Below are positions 8,877-19,636 of a stretch of DNA of 64,000 nucleotides, in pieces. Under the pieces are notes generated by a model. That model ran no database searches and was not told the DNA's origin. It saw nothing but the letters and a program-made list of their open reading frames with translations. Source of the stretch: an uncultured Thiobacillus sp. (GTDB lineage: Bacteria; Pseudomonadota; Gammaproteobacteria; Burkholderiales; Thiobacillaceae); contig CAYMUY010000022.1 in the NCBI GenBank assembly GCA_964393825.1, positions 4,074 to 68,073 on the forward strand, in the 5' to 3' direction. How positions within the stretch are numbered: the stretch's first letter is position 1; each line of letters opens with the position of its first letter. The translations under genes and the position numbers were made by a program.

Positions 8877-10058
8877 CTAGAAACTGTCCAGCCCCCGCGC
8901 CAGATCGCTCTTCAGGTCCACCACCGCCTCCAGCCCCACCGCGATGCGGATGAGGCCATCGCCGATGCCGGCGGCCGCGCGTTGTTCCGGGGTGAGGCGG
9001 CTGTGGGTGGTGCTGGCCGGGTGGGTGATGGTGGTGCGGGTGTCGCCGAGATTGGCGGTGATGGACATGACCCGGGTGGCGTCGATCACCTTCCAGGCGG
9101 CTTCCTTGCAGCCGGTGACCTCGAAGGCAACGATGCCGCCGCCCGTCGTCTGCTGGCGCATGGCGAGCGCGTGTTGCGGGTGCGAGGGCAGGCCGGGATA
9201 GAGCACGCGGCTGACCCTGGGCTGCGCTTCCAGCCAGGTCGCCAGTTCCAGGGCGTTTTCCGAATGCGCGCGCATGCGCAGGTTCAGGGTTTCCAGGCCC
9301 TTGAACAGTACCCAGGCGTTGAACGCGGACAGGGTCGGTCCGGCGGTGCGCAGAAAGGTGTAGACGCCTTCCATCAGGTCCTTTTTTCCAAGCACGGCGC
9401 CGCCCAGCACCCTGCCCTGGCCGTCCAGGTATTTGGTGGCGGAGTGGATGACGATATCGGCGCCGAGGTCGAGCGGGCGTTGCAGGATCGGGGTGCAGAA
9501 GCAGTTGTCCACCGCCAGCCAGACGCCGGCGGCATGGGCGATGTCGGCCAGGGCCCGGATGTCGCTGACCTCGGTGAGCGGATTGGAGGGCGATTCGAGG
9601 AAGAACAGGCGGGTATCGGGCCGCGCCGCCGCGCGCCATTCCTCGGGGTCGGTGGGCGAGACGAAGGTCGTCTCGATGCCGAAACGGCCGAGGATGTTGG
9701 TGAACAGCTGCACGGTGGAACCGAAGATGGAACGCGAGGCGACGACATGCTCCCCGGCCTTCATCAGGCCCATCACCGTGGCGAGGATGGCGGCCATGCC
9801 GGAGGCGAAGGCGACGCAGCGCTCGGCGCCCTCGAGGGCGGCCAGGCGTTCCTCGAACATGGTCACGCCGGGGTTGGTGAAGCGGGCATAGATTGGCCCC
9901 GGCTCGGCCCCGGAAAAGCGGGCGGCGGCCTCGGCGGCGCTGCCGAAAACGAAGCTGGAGGTGAGGTACATCGCCTCGGAATGCTCGTTGAACTGGCTGC
10001 GTTGCGTGCCGGCGCGGACGGCCAGGGTTTCCGGCTGGAGAGTGTGATCGTGGGTCAT
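8877..10058 (-). CDS. metZ: O-succinylhomoserine sulfhydrylase (Cys/Met-metabolism PLP enzyme)
   Basis: MTHDHTLQPETLAVRAG start, PLP-lysine region HSATKYLDGQG, and a typical position next to purF. ATG 10058 is chosen over the longer track ORF. Confidence 0.85.
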   Translation of the reverse strand: MTHDHTLQPETLAVRAGTQRSQFNEHSEAMYLTSSFVFGSAAEAAARFSGAEPGPIYARFTNPGVTMFEERLAALEGAERCVAFASGMAAILATVMGLMKAGEHVVASRSIFGSTVQLFTNILGRFGIETTFVSPTDPEEWRAAARPDTRLFFLESPSNPLTEVSDIRALADIAHAAGVWLAVDNCFCTPILQRPLDLGADIVIHSATKYLDGQGRVLGGAVLGKKDLMEGVYTFLRTAGPTLSAFNAWVLFKGLETLNLRMRAHSENALELATWLEAQPRVSRVLYPGLPSHPQHALAMRQQTTGGGIVAFEVTGCKEAAWKVIDATRVMSITANLGDTRTTITHPASTTHSRLTPEQRAAAGIGDGLIRIAVGLEAVVDLKSDLARGLDSF

Positions 10059-10114
10059 GCGGGCGTGGCGGGAAATGGCGATAAAGGGCCGGCGGCGAGC
10101 CGGCGCCAAAGGGA

Positions 10115-11635
<1,521 letters not shown>

Positions 11636-11644
11636 GGAAAAACC

Positions 11645-12142
11645 TCAGTGGTATTGAATCAGGGCCGCCAGATCAGGGGGCAGCCAGGGTTTGATCTTGG
11701 TGGCCGCCTGTTCCAGGTGGCCATGAACCAGGGATGTCTGCCAGGCACGGGTCTTGGGCAGGGCGGTGAGCCCGGCCAGCAGGGTCAGCATGATTAGGAC
11801 CAGGGCGCCGCGGGTGGTGCCGAACAGGCCGCCCAGAAGGCTGTCGTAGGGCCCCAGGCCGGCCACCTTGACGAGGCCGCCAACGGCGGCGGCGAACAGG
11901 CTGGCCAGGATCAACACCGCGACGAAGATCACCACCAGCGCCGCCGCATGGCTGAGCGCGGGGGCGTCGAGACCGGGGATCAGGGGGGCCAGCAGGGGCG
12001 CGAACGACTTCGCGGCGTAGAAGGCGGCGAACCATGAACACAAGGACAGCACTTCGCGGGTCAGTCCCCGCATCAGCCCGAGCACCGCGGAAAACAGCAG
12101 GATCCCGATGGCGATCAGGTCGAGCGAGGTCATGGCCGACAT
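11645..12142 (-). CDS. cvpA: CvpA-family membrane protein
   Basis: Multi-TM protein of 165 aa in the conserved dedD-cvpA-purF position. Confidence 0.8.
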   Translation of the reverse strand: MSAMTSLDLIAIGILLFSAVLGLMRGLTREVLSLCSWFAAFYAAKSFAPLLAPLIPGLDAPALSHAAALVVIFVAVLILASLFAAAVGGLVKVAGLGPYDSLLGGLFGTTRGALVLIMLTLLAGLTALPKTRAWQTSLVHGHLEQAATKIKPWLPPDLAALIQYH

Positions 12143-12143
12143 C

Positions 12144-12836
12144 TCATGGCCCCAGCATGACCGAGGTGAAGCCCTTGGCCTTCAGCCTGGCCTGCATCTC
12201 AAGGGCGCGATCTTTTTCCGGTATCGGTCCCACCCTGACCCGGAACTGGCCATTGGAATCGGCGAGGCCGACCTTGAATCCGGCGGCCTCGACCTTCTCG
12301 CGCAGCTGGCGGGCGTTGTTTTCACTGGTAAACGCCCCCAGCTGCAGATAGAACCCCTGGCTGGCAAAGGCACCGCTGGGCTTGGGCAGCGGCGCAACCG
12401 GCCTGGCTTCGATCTTTTCCTTCGCTTTTTCCCTGGCTTTCTCCGCCGCTTTCTCCGCGACCTTGTCCGTGCCTGCCGCGGCTTCGGGCTTGCTGGCCGT
12501 GCGCACAGCGGTGGCTTCCGGCTCACTTGCGCTGGCTGTCGGCGCGGGGCGAACCAGGGTCGGCTCGGCGGCCAGCGGCGGCGGCTCGTTTTCGTCCGCC
12601 CCCTCGGGAGACGCCGGCGCGGCGGCCGGCACTTGCTCGAACGGCGTGCTCGGCGCCGGGATGCGGATATCCACATCCGGCCCCAGTGGCCGTGGCTCCG
12701 GATCGAACAACATCGGCAACAGCAGCACGGCAGCCAGCGCGATCGCGATGGCGCCGACCAGGCGGCGCCGGGCGCGGCGACGCAGCGTCATCTGATCCTG
12801 CGTGAAGGCATCCTGAGTCGTGGAAATATCAGCCAT
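12144..12836 (-). CDS. dedD: SPOR-domain cell-division protein (DedD-like)
   Basis: N-terminal TM segment, Pro/Ala/Glu-rich linker, and a C-terminal SPOR-like region (GFYLQLGAFTSENNARQLREKVEAAGF). Sits in the folC-dedD-cvpA position. Confidence 0.7.
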   Translation of the reverse strand: MADISTTQDAFTQDQMTLRRRARRRLVGAIAIALAAVLLLPMLFDPEPRPLGPDVDIRIPAPSTPFEQVPAAAPASPEGADENEPPPLAAEPTLVRPAPTASASEPEATAVRTASKPEAAAGTDKVAEKAAEKAREKAKEKIEARPVAPLPKPSGAFASQGFYLQLGAFTSENNARQLREKVEAAGFKVGLADSNGQFRVRVGPIPEKDRALEMQARLKAKGFTSVMLGP

Positions 12837-14187
12837 GCGGGTTCGTGGATGTTGGGATGGCGGCCATCACTTCGGCCACGGTATGGAAGGAACCGAAGGC
12901 GGCGATTGTATCAGCCGGCCCCGCCAGCCGACACGCCTCCTGCCATGCCGTGGCGACATCGGCATGGCTCCGGTGAGGCAGACCACGCGCCGTCATGCGC
13001 TCCGCGAGTACCGCCGCCGACATGCCGCGCGGGCCGGCCAGCCCCGCCACATGCCAGAAGGCGATGCGTGGCGAGAGCAGGTCGATGACCGCATCCACAT
13101 CCTTGTCCGCGAGCATGGCAAAGACGGCGTGGATGTTCCCGGTGGGCGGCAGGTCGGCGAGATTGGCGGCCAGCGCCCGCGCGGCATGCGGATTGTGCGC
13201 CACGTCCAGCAGGCGCAGCGGCGACTGCCCGATCACCTGGAAACGCCCGGGCTGCCGCGCGGCGGCGATGCCAGCCCGTATCGCCAGCATCGGCACCGGC
13301 AGGCGCGCGCGCATCTGATGCAGGGCGGCGATGGCGCAGGCGGCGTTGATGAACTGATGCGCGCCGGCCATGGCCGGGCGTGGCAGGGCGGCGAACGCCG
13401 TCTCGCGGACGCGACAGGTCCAGCCCGTCTCAGCCAGTTCCACGCGAATATCCTGGCCGAAGCGGATGAGGTCGGCGCCGATGCCGGCGGCGTGATCGAG
13501 CAGGCTCTTCGGGGGATCCCCATCACCGCAGATGGCCGGGCGGCCCGCACGATAGATGCCGGCCTTCTCGAAGCCGATCAGTTCGCGGGTGTCACCGAGG
13601 AAGGCCTGATGGTCGAGATCGATGCTGGTCACCACCGCGCAATCGGCATCCCACAGATTCACCGCGTCGAGCCGGCCGCCCAGGCCTACTTCCAGTACGC
13701 CAACGTCGACACCGGCTTCCCGGAACAGCCACATCGCGGCCAGCGTGCCTTGCTCGAAGTAGGTCAGGGGCAGGTCGCCGCGCGCATCCTCGACGGCGGC
13801 GAAAGCGCGGCAGAGGTCGTCGTCGCTCGCCTCGCGACCGGCGATCCGGACCCGTTCGTTGTAACGCAGCAGATGCGGCGAGGTGTAGCAACCGACACGA
13901 TAGCCGGCCGCCTCCAGCATGGCTTCCAGGTAGGCGCAGGCGGACCCCTTGCCATTGGTGCCGCCGACGGTGACGAGGGGGAACGACGGGGCGAGCGCGA
14001 GCCGTTCAGCCACCTCGCGGCCGCGGTCGAGACCCAGCACGATGGCGTTGATGTTGCGGGCCTCGAGGTGCGCGAGCCAGCCGGGCAGCGAGGCGCGCCA
14101 GACATCCACCGCGCGCGCGCCCTCGGCCGAGTGGGGCAAGTCAATCGGGGGCGGCCCTTCCTTGACTTGCCGGGTCGGCGGGCTCAC
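12829..14187 (-). CDS. folC: bifunctional folylpolyglutamate synthase / dihydrofolate synthase
   Basis: Mur-ligase P-loop VGGTNGKGS. GTG start at 14187 lies 1 nt after the accD stop. The 3' end overlaps dedD by 8 nt. Confidence 0.9.
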   Translation of the reverse strand: MSPPTRQVKEGPPPIDLPHSAEGARAVDVWRASLPGWLAHLEARNINAIVLGLDRGREVAERLALAPSFPLVTVGGTNGKGSACAYLEAMLEAAGYRVGCYTSPHLLRYNERVRIAGREASDDDLCRAFAAVEDARGDLPLTYFEQGTLAAMWLFREAGVDVGVLEVGLGGRLDAVNLWDADCAVVTSIDLDHQAFLGDTRELIGFEKAGIYRAGRPAICGDGDPPKSLLDHAAGIGADLIRFGQDIRVELAETGWTCRVRETAFAALPRPAMAGAHQFINAACAIAALHQMRARLPVPMLAIRAGIAAARQPGRFQVIGQSPLRLLDVAHNPHAARALAANLADLPPTGNIHAVFAMLADKDVDAVIDLLSPRIAFWHVAGLAGPRGMSAAVLAERMTARGLPHRSHADVATAWQEACRLAGPADTIAAFGSFHTVAEVMAAIPTSTNPHG

Positions 14188-14188
14188 G

Positions 14189-15055
14189 TCAGTTCGGCGA
14201 CGGCTTGCGCATGAGTTGCGCGCACAGGCGGGCCAGTTCGCGCTTCATCTCGCGACGGTCGATGATGCGGTCGACGGCGCCATGCTCGACCAGGAACTCG
14301 GCGCGCTGGAAGCCTTCCGGCAGGGTCTCGCGCACGGTCTGCTCGATCACGCGCGGGCCGGCGAAACCGATCAACGCCTTCGGTTCGGCGACGATCACGT
14401 CGCCCAGCATGGCGAAACTCGCCGACACACCGCCCATGGTCGGATCGGTCAGCACCGAGATGAAAGGCAGCCGGTTGGCGGTCAACTGGGTCAGCGCCGC
14501 CGAGGTCTTGGCCATCTGCATCAGCGAGGTGAGGCCTTCCTGCATCCGCGCGCCACCGCTGGCGGAGACGCAGATGAACGGTTTCTTGTCGCGGATCGAG
14601 GCTTCGACGCCGCGGACGAAACGCTCGCCCACCACCGAGCCCATGGAGCCACCCATGAAACGGAATTCGAAGGCGGCAGCCGTTACCGGCACGCCGTGCA
14701 TGCGGCCTTCCATGACCACCAGGGCGTCCTTCTCGTCGGTATCCCGCGTCGCATCGCTCAGACGATCGACATAACGCTTGCTGTCCTTGAACTTGAGCGC
14801 GTCCTGAGGCAACACGCTGGCGCCGATCTCGCCGCGGCCCTCTTCGTCCAGCAACAGATCCAGGCGCCGGCGCGCGCCGATGCGGAGATGGTGACCGCAT
14901 TGCGGGCAGACGTGCTGGCTCAGTTCCAGGTCGGCCGTGTAGAGCACGGCGTCACAGGACGGACATTTGTTCCAGACACCCTCGGGTACCACCTTCTTGC
15001 TGGCCTCGACGCGCCGTTGAATCTTGGGGGGAATGAGTTTCTGAAACCAGCTCAT
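14189..15055 (-). CDS. accD: acetyl-CoA carboxylase carboxyltransferase beta subunit
   Basis: N-terminal zinc ribbon CPSC...CPQCGHH followed by a carboxyltransferase domain. Confidence 0.95.
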   Translation of the reverse strand: MSWFQKLIPPKIQRRVEASKKVVPEGVWNKCPSCDAVLYTADLELSQHVCPQCGHHLRIGARRRLDLLLDEEGRGEIGASVLPQDALKFKDSKRYVDRLSDATRDTDEKDALVVMEGRMHGVPVTAAAFEFRFMGGSMGSVVGERFVRGVEASIRDKKPFICVSASGGARMQEGLTSLMQMAKTSAALTQLTANRLPFISVLTDPTMGGVSASFAMLGDVIVAEPKALIGFAGPRVIEQTVRETLPEGFQRAEFLVEHGAVDRIIDRREMKRELARLCAQLMRKPSPN

Positions 15056-15065
15056 GGTCTTTCCT

Positions 15066-15863
15066 TTACTTGTCCAGGGCGGCGCGGACGCCGGCCACGA
15101 ATTGTTTCACATTGGCGAGGATCGCATCCGGCGGCGAGGTTTCGATCTCCCGCACGATGCGCGAACCGATGACCACGGCATCGGCCACTTCAGCCACCTG
15201 GCGCGCCGTTTCCGCGTCGCTGATGCCGAAGCCGACGCCCACCGGCAAGCCGGTGGCGGCGTGGATGGCCGGCAGGCGCGCGGCGACTTCGCTCATGTCG
15301 ATGGTCGCGGCGCCGGTCACTCCCTTGAGCGAGACGTAATAGATGAATCCCCGCGCCTGGCGGGCGACGGCGTCCACCCGGGTCGCCGGCGTGGTCGGCG
15401 CCAGCAGGTAGATGTTGTCCAGTCCGGCGGCGGCGCATTTGGCGGCGAACTCGGCGGATTCCTCGGGCGGGTAATCGACAGTCAGCACGCCGTCCACGCC
15501 GGCAGTGGCGGCGGCGGCGCAAAAACCGTCCCAGCCCATCGCCTCGATCGGATTGGCGTAGCCCATCAGCACCACCGGCGTGACGGCGTTGGTCTGGCGG
15601 AACGCAGTGACCATGGCGAGCACGTCGCGCAGGCCGACACCGTGCTTCAACGCCCGCTCGCTGGCCCGCTGGATGGTCGGCCCATCCGCCATCGGGTCGG
15701 AGAACGGCACCCCCAGTTCCAGGATGTCGGCGCCGCCCTCGACCAGGGCGTGCATCAAGGGCACGGTGATCGCGGGCGACGGATCGCCGGCGGTGATGAA
15801 GGGAATCAGCGCCTTGCGGCCCTGGGCTTTGAGTTGGGTGAAGGTTTGGCCGATTCGGCTCAT
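15066..15863 (-). CDS. trpA: tryptophan synthase alpha chain
   Basis: Family-typical sequence ([17 protein letters not shown]). ATG 15863 (MSRIGQTF) is preferred over the track start 15884. Confidence 0.9.
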   Translation of the reverse strand: MSRIGQTFTQLKAQGRKALIPFITAGDPSPAITVPLMHALVEGGADILELGVPFSDPMADGPTIQRASERALKHGVGLRDVLAMVTAFRQTNAVTPVVLMGYANPIEAMGWDGFCAAAATAGVDGVLTVDYPPEESAEFAAKCAAAGLDNIYLLAPTTPATRVDAVARQARGFIYYVSLKGVTGAATIDMSEVAARLPAIHAATGLPVGVGFGISDAETARQVAEVADAVVIGSRIVREIETSPPDAILANVKQFVAGVRAALDK

Positions 15864-15936
15864 GGGATGATTTCCTAATGTCACAGCTTGTTCAGCGCTA
15901 ATTCCGGGGTTTCTTGTGATTTGTACGCAAGAATCG

Positions 15937-16149
15937 CTACGCGAACATCAGCCGCTCTCCCTTCGGTTCAGGTATTGAATCGCCAAACTCTCTGGCTGTT
16001 TCCAGCCAAAGTCGCATGGCCTCCTTGACATTGGCGAGTGCACTTTCCTGGGTATCCCCGTGTGCCATGCACCCTGGCAATTCAGGCGCCTCCGCAATAA
16101 AAACCGCATCCACGGAGCTCCAGTAAAGAATGATTTCATAAGGATCCAT
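15937..16149 (-). CDS. hicB: HicB-family antitoxin
   Basis: 70 aa, with [25 protein letters not shown] typical of HicB. The start overlaps the hicA stop (TAATG). Confidence 0.8.
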   Translation of the reverse strand: MDPYEIILYWSSVDAVFIAEAPELPGCMAHGDTQESALANVKEAMRLWLETAREFGDSIPEPKGERLMFA

Positions 16150-16403
16150 TACATATCCCTCGCCAATTGATACCGCTGGATGATGTTGCGAGCTTGTCTT
16201 ACCTGATAAGACTTGGCTTTGGACCCATCACGTTGCAAATTGATCTTCTCCGGCACCCCATTCTTCCTGAACACATGGTGGCTGTCCTTCGTCCGCATTT
16301 CAAACCCGATATCGAGCAGCAAACCACGTCGATCATCGAAATCAATGTTGGCATCCGAGAGCCCTCGCAGTATCCGGCAAAGAAGCTTCTCGTAATTTCC
16401 CAT
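16149..16403 (-). CDS. hicA: HicA-family mRNA-interferase toxin
   Basis: 84 aa with SHHVFRK...DGSKAKSYQVRQ, the HicA-like pattern. ATG 16403 is chosen because the track start 16472 would overlap trpB. G+C is visibly lower than in the flanks. Confidence 0.75.
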   Translation of the reverse strand: MGNYEKLLCRILRGLSDANIDFDDRRGLLLDIGFEMRTKDSHHVFRKNGVPEKINLQRDGSKAKSYQVRQARNIIQRYQLARDM

Positions 16404-16419
16404 TCCATCCCCTCCGAAC

Positions 16420-17649
16420 TTACAGTTCGATTTCCGCCAGCTTCGCCACCGTATTGATGTCCTTGTCGCCACGCCCGGACAGGTTCACCAGCAGGATGCG
16501 GTCCTTGTCCATGGCGGGCGCGATCTTGGCGGCGTGCGCCAGGGCGTGGCTGGATTCCAGGGCGGGGATGATGCCTTCAAAACGACAGAGGTCGTGGAAG
16601 GCCTTCAAAGCTTCATCGTCGTTGATCGCCACATATTCGGCGCGGCCGCTGTCCTTCAGCCAACTGTGCTCCGGGCCGACGCCGGGGTAGTCGAGGCCGG
16701 CGGAGACCGAATGGGTTTCGATGATCTGGCCGTTGGCGTCCTGCATCAGGTAGGAGCGGAAGCCGTGCAGCACGCCGGGGGTGCCGGCCGACAGCGGCGC
16801 CGCGTGCTGGCCGCTGGCAATGCCGTGGCCGCCGGCCTCGACGCCGATCAGGCGCACGCCGGCGACCGGGATGTAGGGATGGAAGATGCCGATGGCGTTG
16901 GAGCCACCGCCGACGCAGGCAATCACGGCGTCCGGCTGGCGACCGAGCATCTCGGCCATCTGTACCTTGGATTCCTCGCCAATGACGCACTGGAAGTCGC
17001 GCACCAGCATCGGGTAGGGGTGCGGGCCGGCGGCGGTGCCAAGGATGTAGAAGGTGGATTCAACGTTGGTGACCCAGTCGCGCATGGCTTCGTTGAGCGC
17101 GTCCTTGAGTGTCCTGGAGCCGGATTCGACGCCCACCACCCTGGCGCCGAGCAGCTTCATGCGGAACACGTTGGGGGACTGCCGCTTGATGTCCTCGGCC
17201 CCCATGTAGACCACGCATTCCATGCCGTAGCGCGCCGCGACCGTCGCGGAGGCGACGCCATGCTGGCCGGCGCCGGTCTCGGCGATCACCCGCTTCTTGC
17301 CCATCCGCCGCGCCAGCAGCGCCTGGCCGATGGTGTTGTTGATCTTGTGGGCGCCGGTATGGTTGAGATCCTCGCGCTTGAGGTAGATCTGGGCGCCGCC
17401 AAGCGCTTCCGACCAGCGTTTCGCGTGGTAGATGGGGCTGGGGCGGCCGACGTAATGACGCAGTTCGTGATGGAATTCAGCCAGGAAATCGGGGTCGAGG
17501 CGAGCCGCCTCATATTCCTGCCTGAGTTCATCCAGCGCGGCCATCAGGGTCTCGGCGACGAACACCCCGCCGTAAGGACCGAAGTGGCCTTTCGCGTCGG
17601 GCAGCGACGACCCGGTTGCCTTCTCGGCTGCCATCTGTGACTTATGCAT
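16420..17649 (-). CDS. trpB: tryptophan synthase beta chain
   Basis: PLP-lysine motif HTGAHKINN. Full-length family match by eye. Confidence 0.95.
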   Translation of the reverse strand: MHKSQMAAEKATGSSLPDAKGHFGPYGGVFVAETLMAALDELRQEYEAARLDPDFLAEFHHELRHYVGRPSPIYHAKRWSEALGGAQIYLKREDLNHTGAHKINNTIGQALLARRMGKKRVIAETGAGQHGVASATVAARYGMECVVYMGAEDIKRQSPNVFRMKLLGARVVGVESGSRTLKDALNEAMRDWVTNVESTFYILGTAAGPHPYPMLVRDFQCVIGEESKVQMAEMLGRQPDAVIACVGGGSNAIGIFHPYIPVAGVRLIGVEAGGHGIASGQHAAPLSAGTPGVLHGFRSYLMQDANGQIIETHSVSAGLDYPGVGPEHSWLKDSGRAEYVAINDDEALKAFHDLCRFEGIIPALESSHALAHAAKIAPAMDKDRILLVNLSGRGDKDINTVAKLAEIEL

Positions 17650-18256
17650 TCCTTGCTTCCTTGATGAAGGCGGCGATCAGCGCCGCGTCCTTGATCCCTT
17701 TGCTCGCTTCGACACCACTGCTGACATCCACCGCCCAGGGACGAACCGCGCGCACGGCCATGGCGACGCTGGCGGGAGCCAGGCCGCCGGCCAGCACCAT
17801 CGGCCTGGGCAGATCGGCGGGAATCAACGTCCAGTCGAAACGCTCGCCGGTACCGCCGTGGGCCGCTTCGCTCCAGGCATCCAGCAGCCAGCCCTGAGCG
17901 TCGTCGTACGAAGCGGCGGATTGTAGCAAATCGACTCCCGGCCTCACCCGGAAGGCCTTGAGGTAGGGCACGCCGAAAGATCGGCAGAACGCCGCCGCTT
18001 CCTCGCCATGGAATTGCAGGAGGTCGGGCCGCGCAGTTTCAAGGACGGTCGTGACCTCCGCCTCGGTCGGGTTGACGAACAAGGCGACCGTGGACACGAA
18101 GGGCGGCAGCGCGCGGCCGATGGCTCGCGCCTGCTCCGGCGTGACATGACGCGGGCTGTTCGCCACGAAGACCAGGCCGATGGCATCGGCGCCGGCCTGG
18201 GCGGCGGCGAGTCCATCCTCGACGCGAGTGATGCCGCAGATCTTGATTCGGGTCAT
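17642..18256 (-). CDS. trpF: phosphoribosylanthranilate isomerase
   Basis: [10 protein letters not shown] start, about 200 aa, in the trpF-trpB position. Confidence 0.9.
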   Translation of the reverse strand: MTRIKICGITRVEDGLAAAQAGADAIGLVFVANSPRHVTPEQARAIGRALPPFVSTVALFVNPTEAEVTTVLETARPDLLQFHGEEAAAFCRSFGVPYLKAFRVRPGVDLLQSAASYDDAQGWLLDAWSEAAHGGTGERFDWTLIPADLPRPMVLAGGLAPASVAMAVRAVRPWAVDVSSGVEASKGIKDAALIAAFIKEARNA

Positions 18257-18260
18257 GGGC

Positions 18261-19052
18261 TCAGGAATGGGCGGTGAGTGAAATCAGGGGATGGACGGGC
18301 AAGCCATGGCGGGCATCGTAGCGCACGCCGGCCAGGTAGAGGCCGTCGGGCACGAAAGTGGCGGCGGCCAGGCCGCGGTCGCGACTGGCCAGGACCTCCG
18401 CCAGCCAGTCCGGCTCGCGCCGGCCCAGCCCCACCCAAAGCAGGGAACCGACCATGTTGCGCACCTGGTGATGGAGGAAGGCATTGGCACGGAACTGGAA
18501 GGTGAGCATGTCGCCGGCACGGGTGACGCTGGCCTCGCGCAACTCGCGCACCGGTGACTTCGCCTGGCACTCGGCGGCGCGGAAGGCGGAAAAATCATGG
18601 GTACCGAGCAACGCGGCGGCGGCGCGGTTCATCACGATTTCATCGATGTGGCCATGCATCCAGCCGACCCGCCCGGCCAGCAAGGCGGGACGCACGGGAC
18701 GATTGAGCAGGAAATACCGGTAGAGCCGCTCTTCCGCGGCGAACCGGGCATGAAAATCGTCCGTTACCAATCGCACCCAGAGCACCGAGATCCCTTCCGG
18801 CAGGTGGGCATTGACGCCACGCACCCAAGCCTGCTCCGGACGCGGGTTGCAGGCATCGAAATGCGCCACCTGGGCACTGGCATGGACACCGGCATCGGTG
18901 CGCCCCGCCGCGGTCAGCTTGACCGGTGCGCCATGGATGGCCGCCAACGCGGTCTCCAGGCGATCCTGCACGGTATGGCCGCCGGGCTGGGTCTGCCAGC
19001 CATGGAAGGCGCGGCCGTCGTATTCCAGGCCGATGGCTATGCGTTGAACCAT
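18261..19052 (-). CDS. truA: tRNA pseudouridine(38-40) synthase
   Basis: IAIGLEYDGRAFHGWQ and AAGRTDAGVHA catalytic-Asp motif. Confidence 0.9.
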   Translation of the reverse strand: MVQRIAIGLEYDGRAFHGWQTQPGGHTVQDRLETALAAIHGAPVKLTAAGRTDAGVHASAQVAHFDACNPRPEQAWVRGVNAHLPEGISVLWVRLVTDDFHARFAAEERLYRYFLLNRPVRPALLAGRVGWMHGHIDEIVMNRAAAALLGTHDFSAFRAAECQAKSPVRELREASVTRAGDMLTFQFRANAFLHHQVRNMVGSLLWVGLGRREPDWLAEVLASRDRGLAAATFVPDGLYLAGVRYDARHGLPVHPLISLTAHS

Positions 19053-19627
19053 AGCAACAAGGCCGCGAGGAAAGTGGGCAGTACGAGGTCATGCGAACGC
19101 ATGGGCCGGACATCGAGATGGAGTGTGATCGGCAGGTCGGCGCCCAGTTCGTCGCTGAACAGGCGGCGAAGATTGCCGCGCCCGCGCTCCAGCCCCTCGA
19201 TGGCGCGCAGCGTCAGCCCCAGGCGCAGGGCGATGCGCTCCGCCCCCAGGCCGATGCGGGCGAAGGGCAGGAACAGGGTAAAGAGCCCGGCCATCAAGGC
19301 CTCCGTCGACAGGCGCAGGACAAGCACATCCAGCCAGAGCAGGAGCACGAGCAAGCGAAATGCCTGCTGGCCCCCGTGGGCGAGCCCCTCGATCGTGGGG
19401 GAAAGCCCCCCCAGCCCGGCCAACGCCGGCTCCCCAGGCAGGCTGTAGGCATAGCCCAGGAACAGCACCAGCAGCAGCCAGCGCGTGCGCCAGACCAGGT
19501 GCCAGGGTTGGCGGCGGCGGTCGACCGCCAGGGCGAGCAGCAGCAACAGTGGCATCAGGAAAAAAGGCAGCCCTGGGATTGCCAGGGCTGCCAGGAGATA
19601 GATCAGGATGCGACTTGCCGGATGCAA
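19037..19627 (-). CDS. polytopic membrane protein of unknown function
   Basis: 196 aa with several hydrophobic helices. ATG lies 10 nt after the fimV stop, and the 3' end overlaps the truA start by 16 nt. Confidence 0.55.
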   Translation of the reverse strand: MHPASRILIYLLAALAIPGLPFFLMPLLLLLALAVDRRRQPWHLVWRTRWLLLVLFLGYAYSLPGEPALAGLGGLSPTIEGLAHGGQQAFRLLVLLLWLDVLVLRLSTEALMAGLFTLFLPFARIGLGAERIALRLGLTLRAIEGLERGRGNLRRLFSDELGADLPITLHLDVRPMRSHDLVLPTFLAALLLWFNA

Positions 19628-19636
19628 TGAAACTCC

